IMG/VR virus record: IMGVR_UViG_3300047281_000067
Span: 1-59,977 of that record
Strand: one strand, 5' to 3'
Origin: a virus
Taxonomy: Duplodnaviria > Caudoviricetes
DNA length: 59,977 nt
Shown one piece after another: positions 11,229 through 20,808 of the stretch. Every line of letters begins with the position of its first letter. The stretch's first letter is position 1. The notes beneath the pieces are model-generated. The model was not told where the DNA came from and ran no database searches. It saw nothing but the letters and a program-made list of their open reading frames with translations. The position numbers were made by a program, and so were the translations under genes.

Positions 11229-11468
11229 ATGACAGCAGTTATCTGGAGTAAATATCATTGTCCCTATTGCGAACAAGCAAAAGCACTTTTAAAACAAAAT
11301 GAAATTGTTTTTGAAGAGCGTAAAATAGGCGACGGATGGACAAGAGAAGATTTATTAGAAGCTATTCCTAACGCTAGGACAGTGCCTCAGATTTTAATAG
11401 ATGGCACACTAATCGGTGGATTCACCGAACTTAAACAAAAACTAAACAAGGAACAACATGAATTTTAA
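11229..11468 (+). CDS. grx: glutaredoxin
   Basis: CPYC, TVPQI, IGGF motifs. Confidence 0.93.
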   Translation: MTAVIWSKYHCPYCEQAKALLKQNEIVFEERKIGDGWTREDLLEAIPNARTVPQILIDGTLIGGFTELKQKLNKEQHEF

Positions 11469-11763
11469 TATCGATACGGGCACAGTAATGACTTTTAAAC
11501 TAAACAGCGGTGAGGAACTTATCGCTAAGGTAGTAGACGTCCAAGGTCAGTTTGTTAAAGTAACAGAACCTGTATCTATCGCGCCTAGTCCACAGGGTAT
11601 GGGACTGGTTCCAAGTATGTTTACCGCAGAACCCAAGGATGACGCAGTGATAAATATTAATAGCGTTTCACTATATGCTTTGACTGAGGAATCAGTTAAG
11701 TTTAAATACATTGAAGCAACTACTGGAATTAAAATCCCAGAGAAGAAAATTATACTAGGTTAA
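11458..11763 (+). CDS. hypothetical protein (Sm/SH3-like small beta protein)
   Basis: KLNSGEELIAKV motif common in T4-like phages. Confidence 0.7.
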   Translation: MNFNIDTGTVMTFKLNSGEELIAKVVDVQGQFVKVTEPVSIAPSPQGMGLVPSMFTAEPKDDAVININSVSLYALTEESVKFKYIEATTGIKIPEKKIILG

Positions 11764-11766
11764 AGA

Positions 11767-12048
11767 ATGGCAGCACTGAGTAGAGTAGGAGATACAAATG
11801 CACCAGGCGGCGCTATAATGCGTGGCGCCAGTACTGTGTTTGCCAACGGCATCGCAGTAGGGTTACATAGTAGTCAGATTACTCCTCATGCTCCATGGGG
11901 AAAACCTCACCCGCCGCACGAAGCAGCAATGACAACTGATGGTAGTCCTACTGTGTTCGCAGAAGGTGCACCAATACTCAGAGTAGGGTCAGGTAATACA
12001 TGTGGTCATAGTATAGTCCAAGGCAGCCCGGATGTATTTGTACCATGA
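11767..12048 (+). CDS. PAAR-domain spike tip protein
   Basis: SRVGD, GSPTVFAEGAPILRVG, CGH, GSPDVF; His/Cys metal ligands. Confidence 0.88.
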   Translation: MAALSRVGDTNAPGGAIMRGASTVFANGIAVGLHSSQITPHAPWGKPHPPHEAAMTTDGSPTVFAEGAPILRVGSGNTCGHSIVQGSPDVFVP

Positions 12049-14309
12049 GTAATTCAGGAAAACAAAGTCCACTTGGTGTAAACACACTAGGTTCACTATT
12101 ACAAAATACTGGATTTAGAATAAACTCAGTTGCCGCTAGTTATATGGGGTCAAGTACGTCAGTATCTAACTATACTTTTGGTACTCTGTGTAGTAGCACT
12201 TGTCTAAATGTATTGACTACTTCTATTCGTAGAGCATTTACAGATGGGTCACTCAATACCACGACATATAACAATCTAATATCAATTGGTAGCGGATCAA
12301 TACCGGCTCTTGGAAACTCCAAAGCACCAACCTATACTTGGACTGGTGCTCCTACTTGGAACCCTTATCTTACTACTGAGATAACAAGTTATGGTTATGC
12401 TCGATTATTTGCGCTACAAGCGTATAATGAGTTTAACTATAATGGATCGTTGCCGGTATACAAAGATTTTTTAATGTCATTCATGGCTGCGTCTGGGTTT
12501 ATTGACCAATCAAACTCTGCTATACTGACAGTTTTTAACTCAATTGATTTTGTCGCCGGTACCTACAGCAACATGAATGACTTGATTAGTGCTGATATAA
12601 CTGGAGTAAGTTTATCAACTACAGTGTTTGGTCAAGATTTAGTTACAAGCGGCAAAGCAATTGACCTATCAACGATATCTACTTTTGGCCTACCATCTAA
12701 TCTATTATCAACTCTTAACACATATAATGCGATAACACCTTCACTGAGTCTGGCGTTGTTATCAAGTGGTATGTCGGTGTCTGAGATATCAGATATATTA
12801 GGCAAAGTAAGTATTCCTAGCACATTACAGCAGCGTAATATTTACGGTGCGTTTATGATTATAGTAGGTCAAGACTTAACTGATATACTTATTCCGCTGA
12901 ACTGTAAAACACAGGGATTAGAGTCGTTAGCTGAGTTGTTGAACCCTCAAAAACTATTCCCTAATAGCTATCCTTCTTTAACTGTACCGGTATATAACGC
13001 ATCGGCCGGTCCTACTAATAGTAAGACATATTATCCTATATATGAAGATGGTGGAGTTAGTTCGCGTATAACTAGTCAATCGTTTGGTGAATATCTTCAA
13101 GATATACTTCCTGCTGATGTTGCGATAGCCGCAGGCGCATTTGGTGCAACGATGAGACAGATACGAAATGTATCTGCTATCCCTATTGAAAAGTTTGCGC
13201 AAGTAGTCAGTAATATTGAAACAACACAAGACTTATCAGTAAACGGAACAAGCGTTCCAGTTGATGCTGCTCTGGCAAATAATGCTTTATCATTGATCGC
13301 ATTAGGTAGTGGCCCGCACGGTACATACACCATGTCTAACTTTCTCGGTTGTATGTCGGGCTTACCGTATGATTGGAAAACAATTCAGAGTCTTATCATT
13401 GCGTTACAGACACCTGCGCTATCCAGCATATATAGTGCGATATACGCCAGATTGATATCAGGGATTGTGTTGAATATTGATTCAGACATACAGACATTGA
13501 TTGACTCAGCCAACGCGGAGATAGCAGCGATTAAAGCTGCTCAAACTACTAAGTCAACACAATTAAACACACTGTGGAATATTACAGGTACGCAATTGAC
13601 AATAGAACAGCGTGCCAGAGTTAACGGGTTACCTGAACTACCTTCCCCGCGTGTAACTACTATGTCAACTTTTCCTACTATTCAATATTCTTTTGTGGAT
13701 CAAATAGTACGATACGCAAAGAATACTGTACCGCATATGTATGCTCAGACTCTTGAAGCTATATCTGATCTTACTGGTATAGGTGGACAAAGCATAGTAG
13801 GAATGATGCGTGAAGCACGAAATACTGCTACACTAATGGCAGCAGGTATTACATTAGACAATAATATTCCGGATTCCTTGTCTGTAACTGACCAAACTTC
13901 GCTAATAGCAAATGGTACTATACAGGCTGCTGTTTCAGGTACTGGTATACCCGGTACCGGTATGCCGGTCTCTGGCATACTTGATGGGCTAGAACTTACT
14001 ATCCCTGCAATATTAGCACAGACTGACAGTACAGGGTCTCTACTAGTTCCCGCGCAATATGGAGTGTATGATCCAACAACAAATTCATATACTCTAACTA
14101 ATCCACTTTTTGGTGGAATAGGACAGCCAGTTGACACTGGCTCAGTAAGTGAACCGGGTAGCTTTGCTGGTTCACTATATCAGGGACTACTTCCCCCTGA
14201 ATTAAATGTTATATACACTTCTGGTGTATTATTACCGGCAACACCTACTATACAATCAGCAATAGACGAAGTAGTCGCTTGTAACTGTGATTGTTGGCAA
14301 GCTGTTTAG
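12045..14309 (+). CDS. probable virion/baseplate structural protein
   Basis: 754 aa Ser/Thr/Gly-rich ORF coupled to the PAAR gene; ends CNCDCW. Confidence 0.6.
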   Translation: MSNSGKQSPLGVNTLGSLLQNTGFRINSVAASYMGSSTSVSNYTFGTLCSSTCLNVLTTSIRRAFTDGSLNTTTYNNLISIGSGSIPALGNSKAPTYTWTGAPTWNPYLTTEITSYGYARLFALQAYNEFNYNGSLPVYKDFLMSFMAASGFIDQSNSAILTVFNSIDFVAGTYSNMNDLISADITGVSLSTTVFGQDLVTSGKAIDLSTISTFGLPSNLLSTLNTYNAITPSLSLALLSSGMSVSEISDILGKVSIPSTLQQRNIYGAFMIIVGQDLTDILIPLNCKTQGLESLAELLNPQKLFPNSYPSLTVPVYNASAGPTNSKTYYPIYEDGGVSSRITSQSFGEYLQDILPADVAIAAGAFGATMRQIRNVSAIPIEKFAQVVSNIETTQDLSVNGTSVPVDAALANNALSLIALGSGPHGTYTMSNFLGCMSGLPYDWKTIQSLIIALQTPALSSIYSAIYARLISGIVLNIDSDIQTLIDSANAEIAAIKAAQTTKSTQLNTLWNITGTQLTIEQRARVNGLPELPSPRVTTMSTFPTIQYSFVDQIVRYAKNTVPHMYAQTLEAISDLTGIGGQSIVGMMREARNTATLMAAGITLDNNIPDSLSVTDQTSLIANGTIQAAVSGTGIPGTGMPVSGILDGLELTIPAILAQTDSTGSLLVPAQYGVYDPTTNSYTLTNPLFGGIGQPVDTGSVSEPGSFAGSLYQGLLPPELNVIYTSGVLLPATPTIQSAIDEVVACNCDCWQAV

Positions 14310-14370
14310 CACTCATCTCAGTTGTCGGTAAATTAACCTGTAGTAATACAGGTCTATTATAGGAGATCCT

Positions 14371-14976
14371 ATGTCTAATTTGACATCGCAGATTAATAAC
14401 CTGCTAAAATTTAACATCAGTATTATGATACTAGTATTTGGATTGTGTTTAACATTCACGCAGTCCAGATATACTATGTTTTCACCAACTGGTGAAGAAA
14501 GATCAATACCTACTATTAATGTAGACGCTTCTCAGTTAGCATGTATGGCTAAGAACATTTTTTATGAAGCAGGTGGCGAAACTATTCTGGGACAAGCAGC
14601 AGTTGCCAGAGTTGTTCTAAATCGTGTATATCATGGATTTGCTAAAACACCCTGCGCTGTTATCCATCAAGCTACTATAGTAGACAAAGTTAATACTATG
14701 TCGGGTGAGACAGAGCAAGTAAAGGTGTGTCAGTTTAGTTGGGTATGTGAGAGCAAAGAAGAACCTAATAAAAATAATCCTAAGTACATACAAGCTAAAG
14801 CAGTTGCTTACGAGGTATTAGTTAACGACAAATATAAAGAAGTTGTGCCACGATCTACTCTATTCTTTCATAATTTACAATCAGTCCCGGGATGGTCATA
14901 CAGACAAGTTGCTAAAATAGGAAATCATATTTTCTATTCTAAAAAAGAAAATGTCAAGCGTCCACTTGACACTTAA
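14371..14976 (+). CDS. SleB-like cell wall hydrolase (Hydrolase_2)
   Basis: N-terminal TM; CMAKNIFYEAGGE, AVARVVLNR, CQFSW, IGNHIFY. Confidence 0.88.
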   Translation: MSNLTSQINNLLKFNISIMILVFGLCLTFTQSRYTMFSPTGEERSIPTINVDASQLACMAKNIFYEAGGETILGQAAVARVVLNRVYHGFAKTPCAVIHQATIVDKVNTMSGETEQVKVCQFSWVCESKEEPNKNNPKYIQAKAVAYEVLVNDKYKEVVPRSTLFFHNLQSVPGWSYRQVAKIGNHIFYSKKENVKRPLDT

Positions 14977-14999
14977 ATACAATATACATAAGGAAATTA

Positions 15000-16100
15000 A
15001 TGAGTTATCTATTCACATCAGAGTCAGTAAGCGAAGGTCACCCGGATAAAGTAGCAGATGCTATTAGTGACGCAGTATTAGATTTAGTAATGGCAGCGCA
15101 AAATTCAGCATTACGTTGCGCATGTGAGACATTGGTCACTACAAATAGAGTTGTGGTCGCCGGCGAATTCAAGGGTGAATTACCTACTGACAGTGTTGAT
15201 ACAGCGATACGCAAAGTAATCAAGGACATAGGGTATGAACAATCAGGATTTGATTGGCGTACAGTAGAAATTACTAATCTATTACACGGACAAAGTGCTG
15301 ATATTGCCATGGGCACTGACAACTTTGGCGCCGGCGATCAGGGTCTAATGTTTGGGTATGCGTGTAATGAGACCGCGGATTATATGCCAAGTGCTATTTA
15401 TTGGAGTCATAAAATCGTAGAAGCGTTAACTCGTGTACGCAAGAGTGGTGCTATGGAATGGTTAGGACCTGATGCCAAGAGTCAAGTAACTTTTGAGTAT
15501 GATGATAATGGTGTACCAAAGCGAATTGCTAAGGTAGTCTGTTCTACTCAACATAGTGAAGAGGCTCCCATTGATTTAGTCAGAGTTTCAATTGAGCATC
15601 TTATTCGTGAAGTATTGCCTGCTAACTTAGTAGATAGTACGACTGAGTTTCACATTAACCCAACTGGCCGATTCGTCATCGGCGGACCAGATGGTGACAC
15701 CGGTCTTACTGGTCGTAAAATCATTGTTGACACCTACGGAGGTTCTTGCCCGCACGGCGGCGGCGCATTCTCTGGTAAAGATCCAACTAAAGTGGACCGT
15801 TCTGCTGCGTACATGATGCGTTACCTTGCTAAGAACATCGTGGCAAGCGGTAAAGCAGATTGGTCAACTGTACAAATCAGCTACGCCATTGGATTGAAAG
15901 ACCCTATGAGCTTCTATGTCGAATGTGCTGATGCCCAACAAGGCAGAGACTTGACGAAGTGGATACGTGAAAATGTTGATCTAACACCGAAGGGTATTAT
16001 TGATCGTTTTGATTTATTCCGCCCGATCTATCATACCACTACCAACTATGGACACTTCGGCAAGGCGAATTTACCTTGGGAAAAGATAGACTTGTTTTAA
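15000..16100 (+). CDS. metK: S-adenosylmethionine synthetase
   Basis: FTSESVSEGHPDK, GAGDQG, GLTGRKII, GGGAFSGKDPTKVDRS. Confidence 0.97.
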   Translation: MSYLFTSESVSEGHPDKVADAISDAVLDLVMAAQNSALRCACETLVTTNRVVVAGEFKGELPTDSVDTAIRKVIKDIGYEQSGFDWRTVEITNLLHGQSADIAMGTDNFGAGDQGLMFGYACNETADYMPSAIYWSHKIVEALTRVRKSGAMEWLGPDAKSQVTFEYDDNGVPKRIAKVVCSTQHSEEAPIDLVRVSIEHLIREVLPANLVDSTTEFHINPTGRFVIGGPDGDTGLTGRKIIVDTYGGSCPHGGGAFSGKDPTKVDRSAAYMMRYLAKNIVASGKADWSTVQISYAIGLKDPMSFYVECADAQQGRDLTKWIRENVDLTPKGIIDRFDLFRPIYHTTTNYGHFGKANLPWEKIDLF

Positions 16101-16125
16101 GTATATCATCGTGTTATAATGTAAC

Positions 16126-16716
16126 ATGGATAATGATATTAATATAGTAAGTTCTAGTCCGGAACGGTACACGTTCCAAACTCTATCCTCCTCTAAGAAA
16201 TTAGAAGAGGATCCCTCCAATGAATCAGCGCAAGCAATGCTAGAATGGTATGAGCAGCTACGATTAGCAGAGTCAACTAAAGTAGTTGATCCGGAATGGC
16301 AAAAAGATAACATGGAGTATGATTTAAGATCAACTCCGTGGATACTGGAAAAAGTCAGATCAGATGAAGTGTATGCTCAACATCTATATGCAGGAATGTG
16401 TAATAGAGACTTCACCAAAAATGAAGTATGGCCTCTGTTGACAGAAAAAAAATGGTGTTGTAGCTGGAGAGCAGCCGGTGGCATTATTGCTAATATGCGT
16501 GAAGAAGGTGATTATATAGACTGGTACTGTTCCGGAATACGCGGTGATGAAAAGATTGATGATGATCAATTTCGTGAGATGACAAAAATACAACAAGAGC
16601 GATATCTAGCAGGAAACGCATTTGTAAGTGAAGGGGTTGTCACTGATGAAATTGAGCAAGACTTGTTGAAATTGGGCTGGGTAGTACTTCCAGAGGACAT
16701 GGATCAGACGATCTAG
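16126..16716 (+). CDS. conserved phage hypothetical protein
   Basis: SWRAAGGIIA...GDYIDWYCSG motif. Confidence 0.7.
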   Translation: MDNDINIVSSSPERYTFQTLSSSKKLEEDPSNESAQAMLEWYEQLRLAESTKVVDPEWQKDNMEYDLRSTPWILEKVRSDEVYAQHLYAGMCNRDFTKNEVWPLLTEKKWCCSWRAAGGIIANMREEGDYIDWYCSGIRGDEKIDDDQFREMTKIQQERYLAGNAFVSEGVVTDEIEQDLLKLGWVVLPEDMDQTI

Positions 16717-16727
16717 ATAAATAGTAT

Positions 16728-17309
16728 ATGAAATTAGTTTATATACACGGCGCCAGCGCCACTTCTGATAGTTTTAATTACATACGCGACCATTTAGCAC
16801 ACGATGACATGGTGATTGAATACGATAGTGCTCACGGATTTACGCACAATCTAGCAATGATGAAAGACTTGCTTAAAGATGTTAATGATATCTTCTTTAT
16901 TGCTCATAGTCTAGGTGGAATCTATGCGATTCATCTTGCTCAGTATTTTACTAATACCGTATTAGCAGCAGTTACTATAAGTACACCGTACGGTGGTAGC
17001 AAAGCTGCTGACTATGCTAAATTCTTTTTACCATTCTCAAGACTTCTACGAGATATAGGCCCTCATAGTGATCCAATGGTGCTTACTGATACTATAAAGA
17101 TTACTCATCCATGGACAAACATTGTGACAACTGCAGGGGCAAGTCCATTCATGGTGGAGCCTAATGACGGTGTTGTCACCCTTGCTAGTATGCGTAAGCA
17201 CGCCCGAGATATGACATTAGTTGAGTTAGAACACAATCATTACGAAGTAGTCATGTCTATGAAGACAATAAATATTATTAAAGATAAAATACAATCTATA
17301 GGAAAATAA
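16728..17309 (+). CDS. alpha/beta hydrolase (lipase/esterase-like)
   Basis: YIHG, AHSLGG nucleophile elbow, STPYGGS, NDGVV, HNH catalytic His. Confidence 0.85.
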   Translation: MKLVYIHGASATSDSFNYIRDHLAHDDMVIEYDSAHGFTHNLAMMKDLLKDVNDIFFIAHSLGGIYAIHLAQYFTNTVLAAVTISTPYGGSKAADYAKFFLPFSRLLRDIGPHSDPMVLTDTIKITHPWTNIVTTAGASPFMVEPNDGVVTLASMRKHARDMTLVELEHNHYEVVMSMKTINIIKDKIQSIGK

Positions 17310-17310
17310 C

Positions 17311-17694
17311 ATGGCATATTCAGACAAGGTCGTTGACCACTACGAAAACCCCCGCAACGTCGGCACCTTTTCAAAAGATGATGAGGATGTGGGCACGGGC
17401 ATGGTGGGAGCCCCGGCATGTGGTGACGTGATGAAGTTACAGATTAAAGTAGTCGATGGTATCATTACTGACGCCCGCTTTAAAACATATGGTTGCGGAA
17501 GTGCTATCGCTAGTTCCAGTTTGATTACGGAAATGGTCAAGGGAATGTCACTGGACCAAGCGACGGCTATCAAGAACAGTGAGTTAGCCGAAGAACTTGC
17601 CCTACCACCAGTTAAGATTCATTGCTCTATTTTAGCGGAAGATGCGATTAAAGCCGCAGTTGCTGATTATAGAGCCAAGCATTTAGCAGTTTGA
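17311..17694 (+). CDS. iscU: Fe-S cluster scaffold protein
   Basis: MAYSDKVVDHYENPRNVG, GAPACGD, FKTYGCGSAIASSS, LPPVKIHCS. Confidence 0.97.
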   Translation: MAYSDKVVDHYENPRNVGTFSKDDEDVGTGMVGAPACGDVMKLQIKVVDGIITDARFKTYGCGSAIASSSLITEMVKGMSLDQATAIKNSELAEELALPPVKIHCSILAEDAIKAAVADYRAKHLAV

Positions 17695-17722
17695 TTAAAC
17701 ACATTGGGTAGATTGATCTAGA

Positions 17723-18706
17723 ATGAAACCATTAATATCCGTAAATTTTGTACCCGGTAGCCATGGCAATTTTCTGAAACAATTGCTGGATTTAGTTTTT
17801 GCTGAACGTAGATGGAGCAAAAGCCCAGTGACCGCGGCGGGAACATGGCATTTACACATTACTGATAAAGAATTATGTAAGAATGCCCCTCCGCAGAAAT
17901 TTCAGAAGCACCACTATTACAGAAATGCTGACGTGCTCCCCGATTTTATAGACCGCTCAAGTTGGGCGGTCTTCAGCGACCCAGCTATTAATATAACAGT
18001 AGAAACAATTCAAGAAAAGATTCTAATTAGTATGTATTTTGCTAGAGTAGGAGATGATCTTCCACTTTCTGCTATTGAAATCAGTGAATTAAATATGGAA
18101 AACTTTATATATACCTGGATTTTGAAAAATAAAGTAGATGTACCGGACTTGCCGTACTTACCATACAGATTGCACTTATTCGAAGATGTATTGCGTGATG
18201 TGTATCAATTTAAAAATACAGTCCCGAATGAAATAGATGTGATTAAATTTTGGTCAAAGGATATAACAAGAATTGATCGTCATCTTGACGCTAGTGCTAA
18301 ATTTTTGGAATCATCAAAACATACTATCTACCACTTTAGAATGATTTGGTTATACAATCATATCGATTGCTTAAATGCAATTAGAGAAATAAGTAATCAA
18401 TTTAATATTCCTATTCTAGTGAGCGATGACGAAATTAGAACTACCATTGATTTTTTCAAGTCTACTATTAAAGAGTTACCTAACATTGATCTTGCCCAAC
18501 AAAAATTTGATGCCATTATAAGCGGCATAGATGTTACTCTACTTGATTTGGATATTAATAGCAAAATATTTCTGTGGTTGTTTTTACAACATCATTATTC
18601 TCTCTTGGATCAATCGGCTATTACTGAGTGGCCTAGTACCTCAATAGAAATGAGAGACAAAATATCATCAGCATTAAATACATCACTTACAGGAGAAGTA
18701 CAATGA
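17723..18706 (+). CDS. hypothetical protein
   Basis: 327 aa AT-rich ORF; N-terminal PGSHGNFL loop similar to the ORF at 35898. Confidence 0.65.
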   Translation: MKPLISVNFVPGSHGNFLKQLLDLVFAERRWSKSPVTAAGTWHLHITDKELCKNAPPQKFQKHHYYRNADVLPDFIDRSSWAVFSDPAINITVETIQEKILISMYFARVGDDLPLSAIEISELNMENFIYTWILKNKVDVPDLPYLPYRLHLFEDVLRDVYQFKNTVPNEIDVIKFWSKDITRIDRHLDASAKFLESSKHTIYHFRMIWLYNHIDCLNAIREISNQFNIPILVSDDEIRTTIDFFKSTIKELPNIDLAQQKFDAIISGIDVTLLDLDINSKIFLWLFLQHHYSLLDQSAITEWPSTSIEMRDKISSALNTSLTGEVQ

Positions 18707-18951
18707 GCAACGAGCAAGACAAAATCAAGCATAGCAAACGTATGCTAAAAGATGAAAACACTGTAAAAAAGCAAGTTGATATTGCTAAGCAACACGGCAC
18801 TCCAATTGAAGATCCGCACAAGTTTGCTAAGCGACATGCAATGACATGCGGTGATTCTAATTGCGTTATGTGCGGTAATCCACGAAAGTTCTTTAAAGAG
18901 ACTACGATCCAAGAACAACGATTCGATCAAACGAAGAATTGGGAAGATTGA
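18703..18951 (+). CDS. hypothetical protein with CxxxxCxxC motif
   Basis: GGAG RBS; CGDSNCVMCGNPR. Confidence 0.7.
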   Translation: MSNEQDKIKHSKRMLKDENTVKKQVDIAKQHGTPIEDPHKFAKRHAMTCGDSNCVMCGNPRKFFKETTIQEQRFDQTKNWED

Positions 18952-18972
18952 AAAATAAAAGTAGCAAATCGC

Positions 18973-19001
18973 TTGACAACAATGCGATGTGGTGCTATAA
19001 T
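18973..19001 (+). promoter_or_regulatory. sigma70 promoter of the RNA island
   Basis: TTGACA-17 nt-TATAAT with TG extended -10. Confidence 0.85.
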
Positions 19002-19079
19002 ACATACATGAACTAGAGAAAGAGCTAAAAAAGTAGCTTAATTTCTAGTATTTTTAAACCAGGACTAAATAGATATACT

Positions 19080-19250
19080 ATGATGAATTTTAACTGTCAA
19101 TCGCTGAAACATGCAGGCTTATGGTCACCCGTGACGATTGCCATGCTGTCTGCCTTTGAGGGGAATTATTCAACAGCACCGACAAGTATTCGCGGATCGA
19201 ATGATCAGGGCAGAATGAAACAGGGGTTCATAGAAGGATGGGATGATTAG
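19080..19250 (+). CDS. putative attenuator leader peptide (56 aa, contains all 20 amino acids)
   Basis: MMNFNCQSLKHAGLWSPVTIAMLSAFEGNYSTAPTSIRGSNDQGRMKQGFIEGWDD*; stop codon at the apex of a hairpin that competes with the terminator. Confidence 0.55.
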   Translation: MMNFNCQSLKHAGLWSPVTIAMLSAFEGNYSTAPTSIRGSNDQGRMKQGFIEGWDD

Positions 19251-19277
19251 TTAATCACACATCTTACAAGATTTATG

Positions 19278-19317
19278 AAACCCCTGGAAACGAAAGTTCT
19301 CAGGGGTTTTGTTTTTG
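19278..19317 (+). terminator. intrinsic terminator with overlapping antiterminator (19221-19286)
   Basis: aaacccctg-gaaacgaaagttct-caggggttt followed by a T-rich tract; upstream caggggttcataga can pair with tttatgaaacccctg instead. Confidence 0.75.
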
Positions 19318-19353
19318 TGTTGTAAAAGTACAACATTAAATTTTTGACAGTAA

Positions 19354-19503
19354 ATGAATTTTATGATACAATTAGATAAGAAAGAAAAATCTGATTGGCT
19401 CAAGGAGAATACTCTAACTTCTGAACAGTTCAAGCAATTGATTCTTCAGAAGGTAGAGCGTAACAAGAGTCAATCGGCTCAAGCTAGAAAACAACTAGCA
19501 TAA
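19354..19503 (+). CDS. small hypothetical protein
   Basis: 49 aa ORF MNFMIQLDKKEKSDWLKENT...; overlaps a sigma70-like promoter. Confidence 0.4.
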   Translation: MNFMIQLDKKEKSDWLKENTLTSEQFKQLILQKVERNKSQSAQARKQLA

Positions 19504-19749
19504 AAAATTAGTGTGGATTTAGAGCAGTAACCCTGCCCAGGAAACGAGGTCCTGATAGCGCACTATAAACATGCTGTAAACGGGCGGACAGAATACATGA
19601 ACGTGTGGTGAGAACGCATTAGTAAGACTTCTGGGTAGAGTATTAACTCTATCATATCCTCTAGTAATAGAGGGTATTCTAAAACATACTCCACAGGGGG
19701 AGGGTTTCGCCAGCAAAGAGCAAGACTTTGCGAGTGTGTTTTAGAATAT

Positions 19750-19827
19750 TGGGGATTCGCCTAGCTTGGCCTAAGGCAACGGTCTTTGAAATCGTCATCA
19801 TTGGTTCGAATCCAATATCCCCTGCCA
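19750..19827 (+). tRNA. tRNA-Gln(UUG)
   Basis: cloverleaf, loop CTTTGAA, GTTCGAATC, CCA. Confidence 0.9.
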
Positions 19828-19831
19828 GTAT

Positions 19832-19892
19832 TAGGATCCGTTCAGCAAACTTAAAAAATTCAACTTGTAATTGAAAAATAAGGATCCTGTTA
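19832..19892 (+). ncRNA. Y-like RNA copy 1 with Thr(UGU) anticodon stem-loop
   Basis: aggatcc/ggatcct terminal helix + TTCAGCAA; ttcaa-CTTGTAA-ttgaa. Confidence 0.7.
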
Positions 19893-19897
19893 TATTC

Positions 19898-19972
19898 ACT
19901 CAGTTCGTCTATCGGTAAGGACGACAGCCTTTCAAGTTGTAAAGACGGGTTCGATTCCCGTACTGAGTACCA
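19898..19972 (+). tRNA. tRNA-Glu(UUC)
   Basis: cloverleaf, loop CTTTCAA, CCA. Confidence 0.92.
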
Positions 19973-19979
19973 ATCAAAC

Positions 19980-20054
19980 GCGCCATTAGTATAATGGATA
20001 ATATACGAGCCTACGAAGTTCGGGATGGTGGTTCGATTCCATCATGGCGCACCA
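19980..20054 (+). tRNA. tRNA-Arg(ACG)
   Basis: cloverleaf, loop CTACGAA, CCA. Confidence 0.9.
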
Positions 20055-20058
20055 GTTT

Positions 20059-20126
20059 TAGGATGCATCCTGCAAAATCAAATCAATTCAAAACTTTTAT
20101 CTTTGAAAAGAAACTGCATCCTGTTA
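20059..20126 (+). ncRNA. Y-like RNA copy 2 with Lys(UUU)-like stem-loop
   Basis: aggatgca/tgcatcct helix + CTGCAA; ttcaaa-aCTTTTATc-tttgaa. Confidence 0.65.
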
Positions 20127-20132
20127 TATAAT

Positions 20133-20206
20133 ATCCGCGTAGCACAAAAGTAGAGCGTCCGGCTGATAACCGGGAGACGAAGGAGCGTTACCTTCCGTGG
20201 ATACCA
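20133..20206 (+). tRNA. tRNA-Ile(GAU), atypical T loop
   Basis: loop CTGATAA; T loop AGCGTTA instead of TTCRANY; CCA. Confidence 0.75.
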
Positions 20207-20225
20207 ATCAATTAGACTACTTAGG

Positions 20226-20297
20226 TGTGGCCTTAGTGTAGCGGTAGCACCAGACACTGTGAATGTCTTAGTACGGGTTCGACCCCCGTAGGTCACC
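20226..20297 (+). tRNA. tRNA-His(GUG), no encoded CCA, embedded in an extended flanking stem
   Basis: loop CTGTGAA; flanks gactacttagg / cctaagtagtt pair. Confidence 0.85.
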
Positions 20298-20319
20298 CCT
20301 AAGTAGTTTGAAAAATAAA

Positions 20320-20395
20320 GCCCCGGTGATGGAATGGTATACATGCTTGTCTTAGAAACAAGATCCTAGGAGTTCGAGTCTCCTCTGGGGCACCA
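20320..20395 (+). tRNA. tRNA-Leu(UAG) with short variable loop
   Basis: loop CTTAGAA, 76 nt, CCA. Confidence 0.85.
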
Positions 20396-20404
20396 TCATT
20401 AATT

Positions 20405-20478
20405 GCTCTTATAGGTAAATGGAATACTGACACTTTGGTATAGTGTAGTTGGAAGTTCGATTCTTCCTAAGAGCACCA
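20405..20478 (+). tRNA. tRNA-Thr(GGU)
   Basis: loop TTGGTAT, CCA. Confidence 0.88.
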
Positions 20479-20487
20479 AGATAAGTA

Positions 20488-20552
20488 GTGACTATAGTTT
20501 AAGCGAACAAGTTTAAATGTACTAGGTGCAGGTGTCAAGCCCTGCTAGTTGC
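20488..20552 (+). pseudogene. degenerate tRNA-like element
   Basis: 7 bp acceptor gtgacta/tagttgc and T-like stem gcagg/cctgc; no clear anticodon arm or CCA. Confidence 0.4.
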
Positions 20553-20559
20553 GAACATT

Positions 20560-20634
20560 GGATGTATAGCACAGCGGTAGTGCATTCGCTTCATACGCGA
20601 CAGGTCAGTAGTTCAAATCTACTTACATCCACCA
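20560..20634 (+). tRNA. tRNA-CAU (Met or Ile2)
   Basis: loop TTCATAC, CCA. Confidence 0.87.
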
Positions 20635-20641
20635 AACATAT

Positions 20642-20715
20642 GCGACCATAGTTAAATGGTAGAATTAGACTTTGCCAAAGTCTGGACACGGGTTCGATTC
20701 CCGTTGGTCGCTCCA
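20642..20715 (+). tRNA. tRNA-Gly(GCC)
   Basis: loop TTGCCAA, U73, CCA. Confidence 0.92.
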
Positions 20716-20723
20716 ACTTATAA

Positions 20724-20797
20724 CTCCGATTGGTGAAATGGAATCACTCTTGGTTTGGGACCAAGGAGCGCAAGTTCGATTCTTGCATCGGAGACCA
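20724..20797 (+). tRNA. tRNA-Pro(UGG)
   Basis: loop TTTGGGA, CCA. Confidence 0.9.
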
Positions 20798-20808
20798 AGT
20801 TTTAAAAT

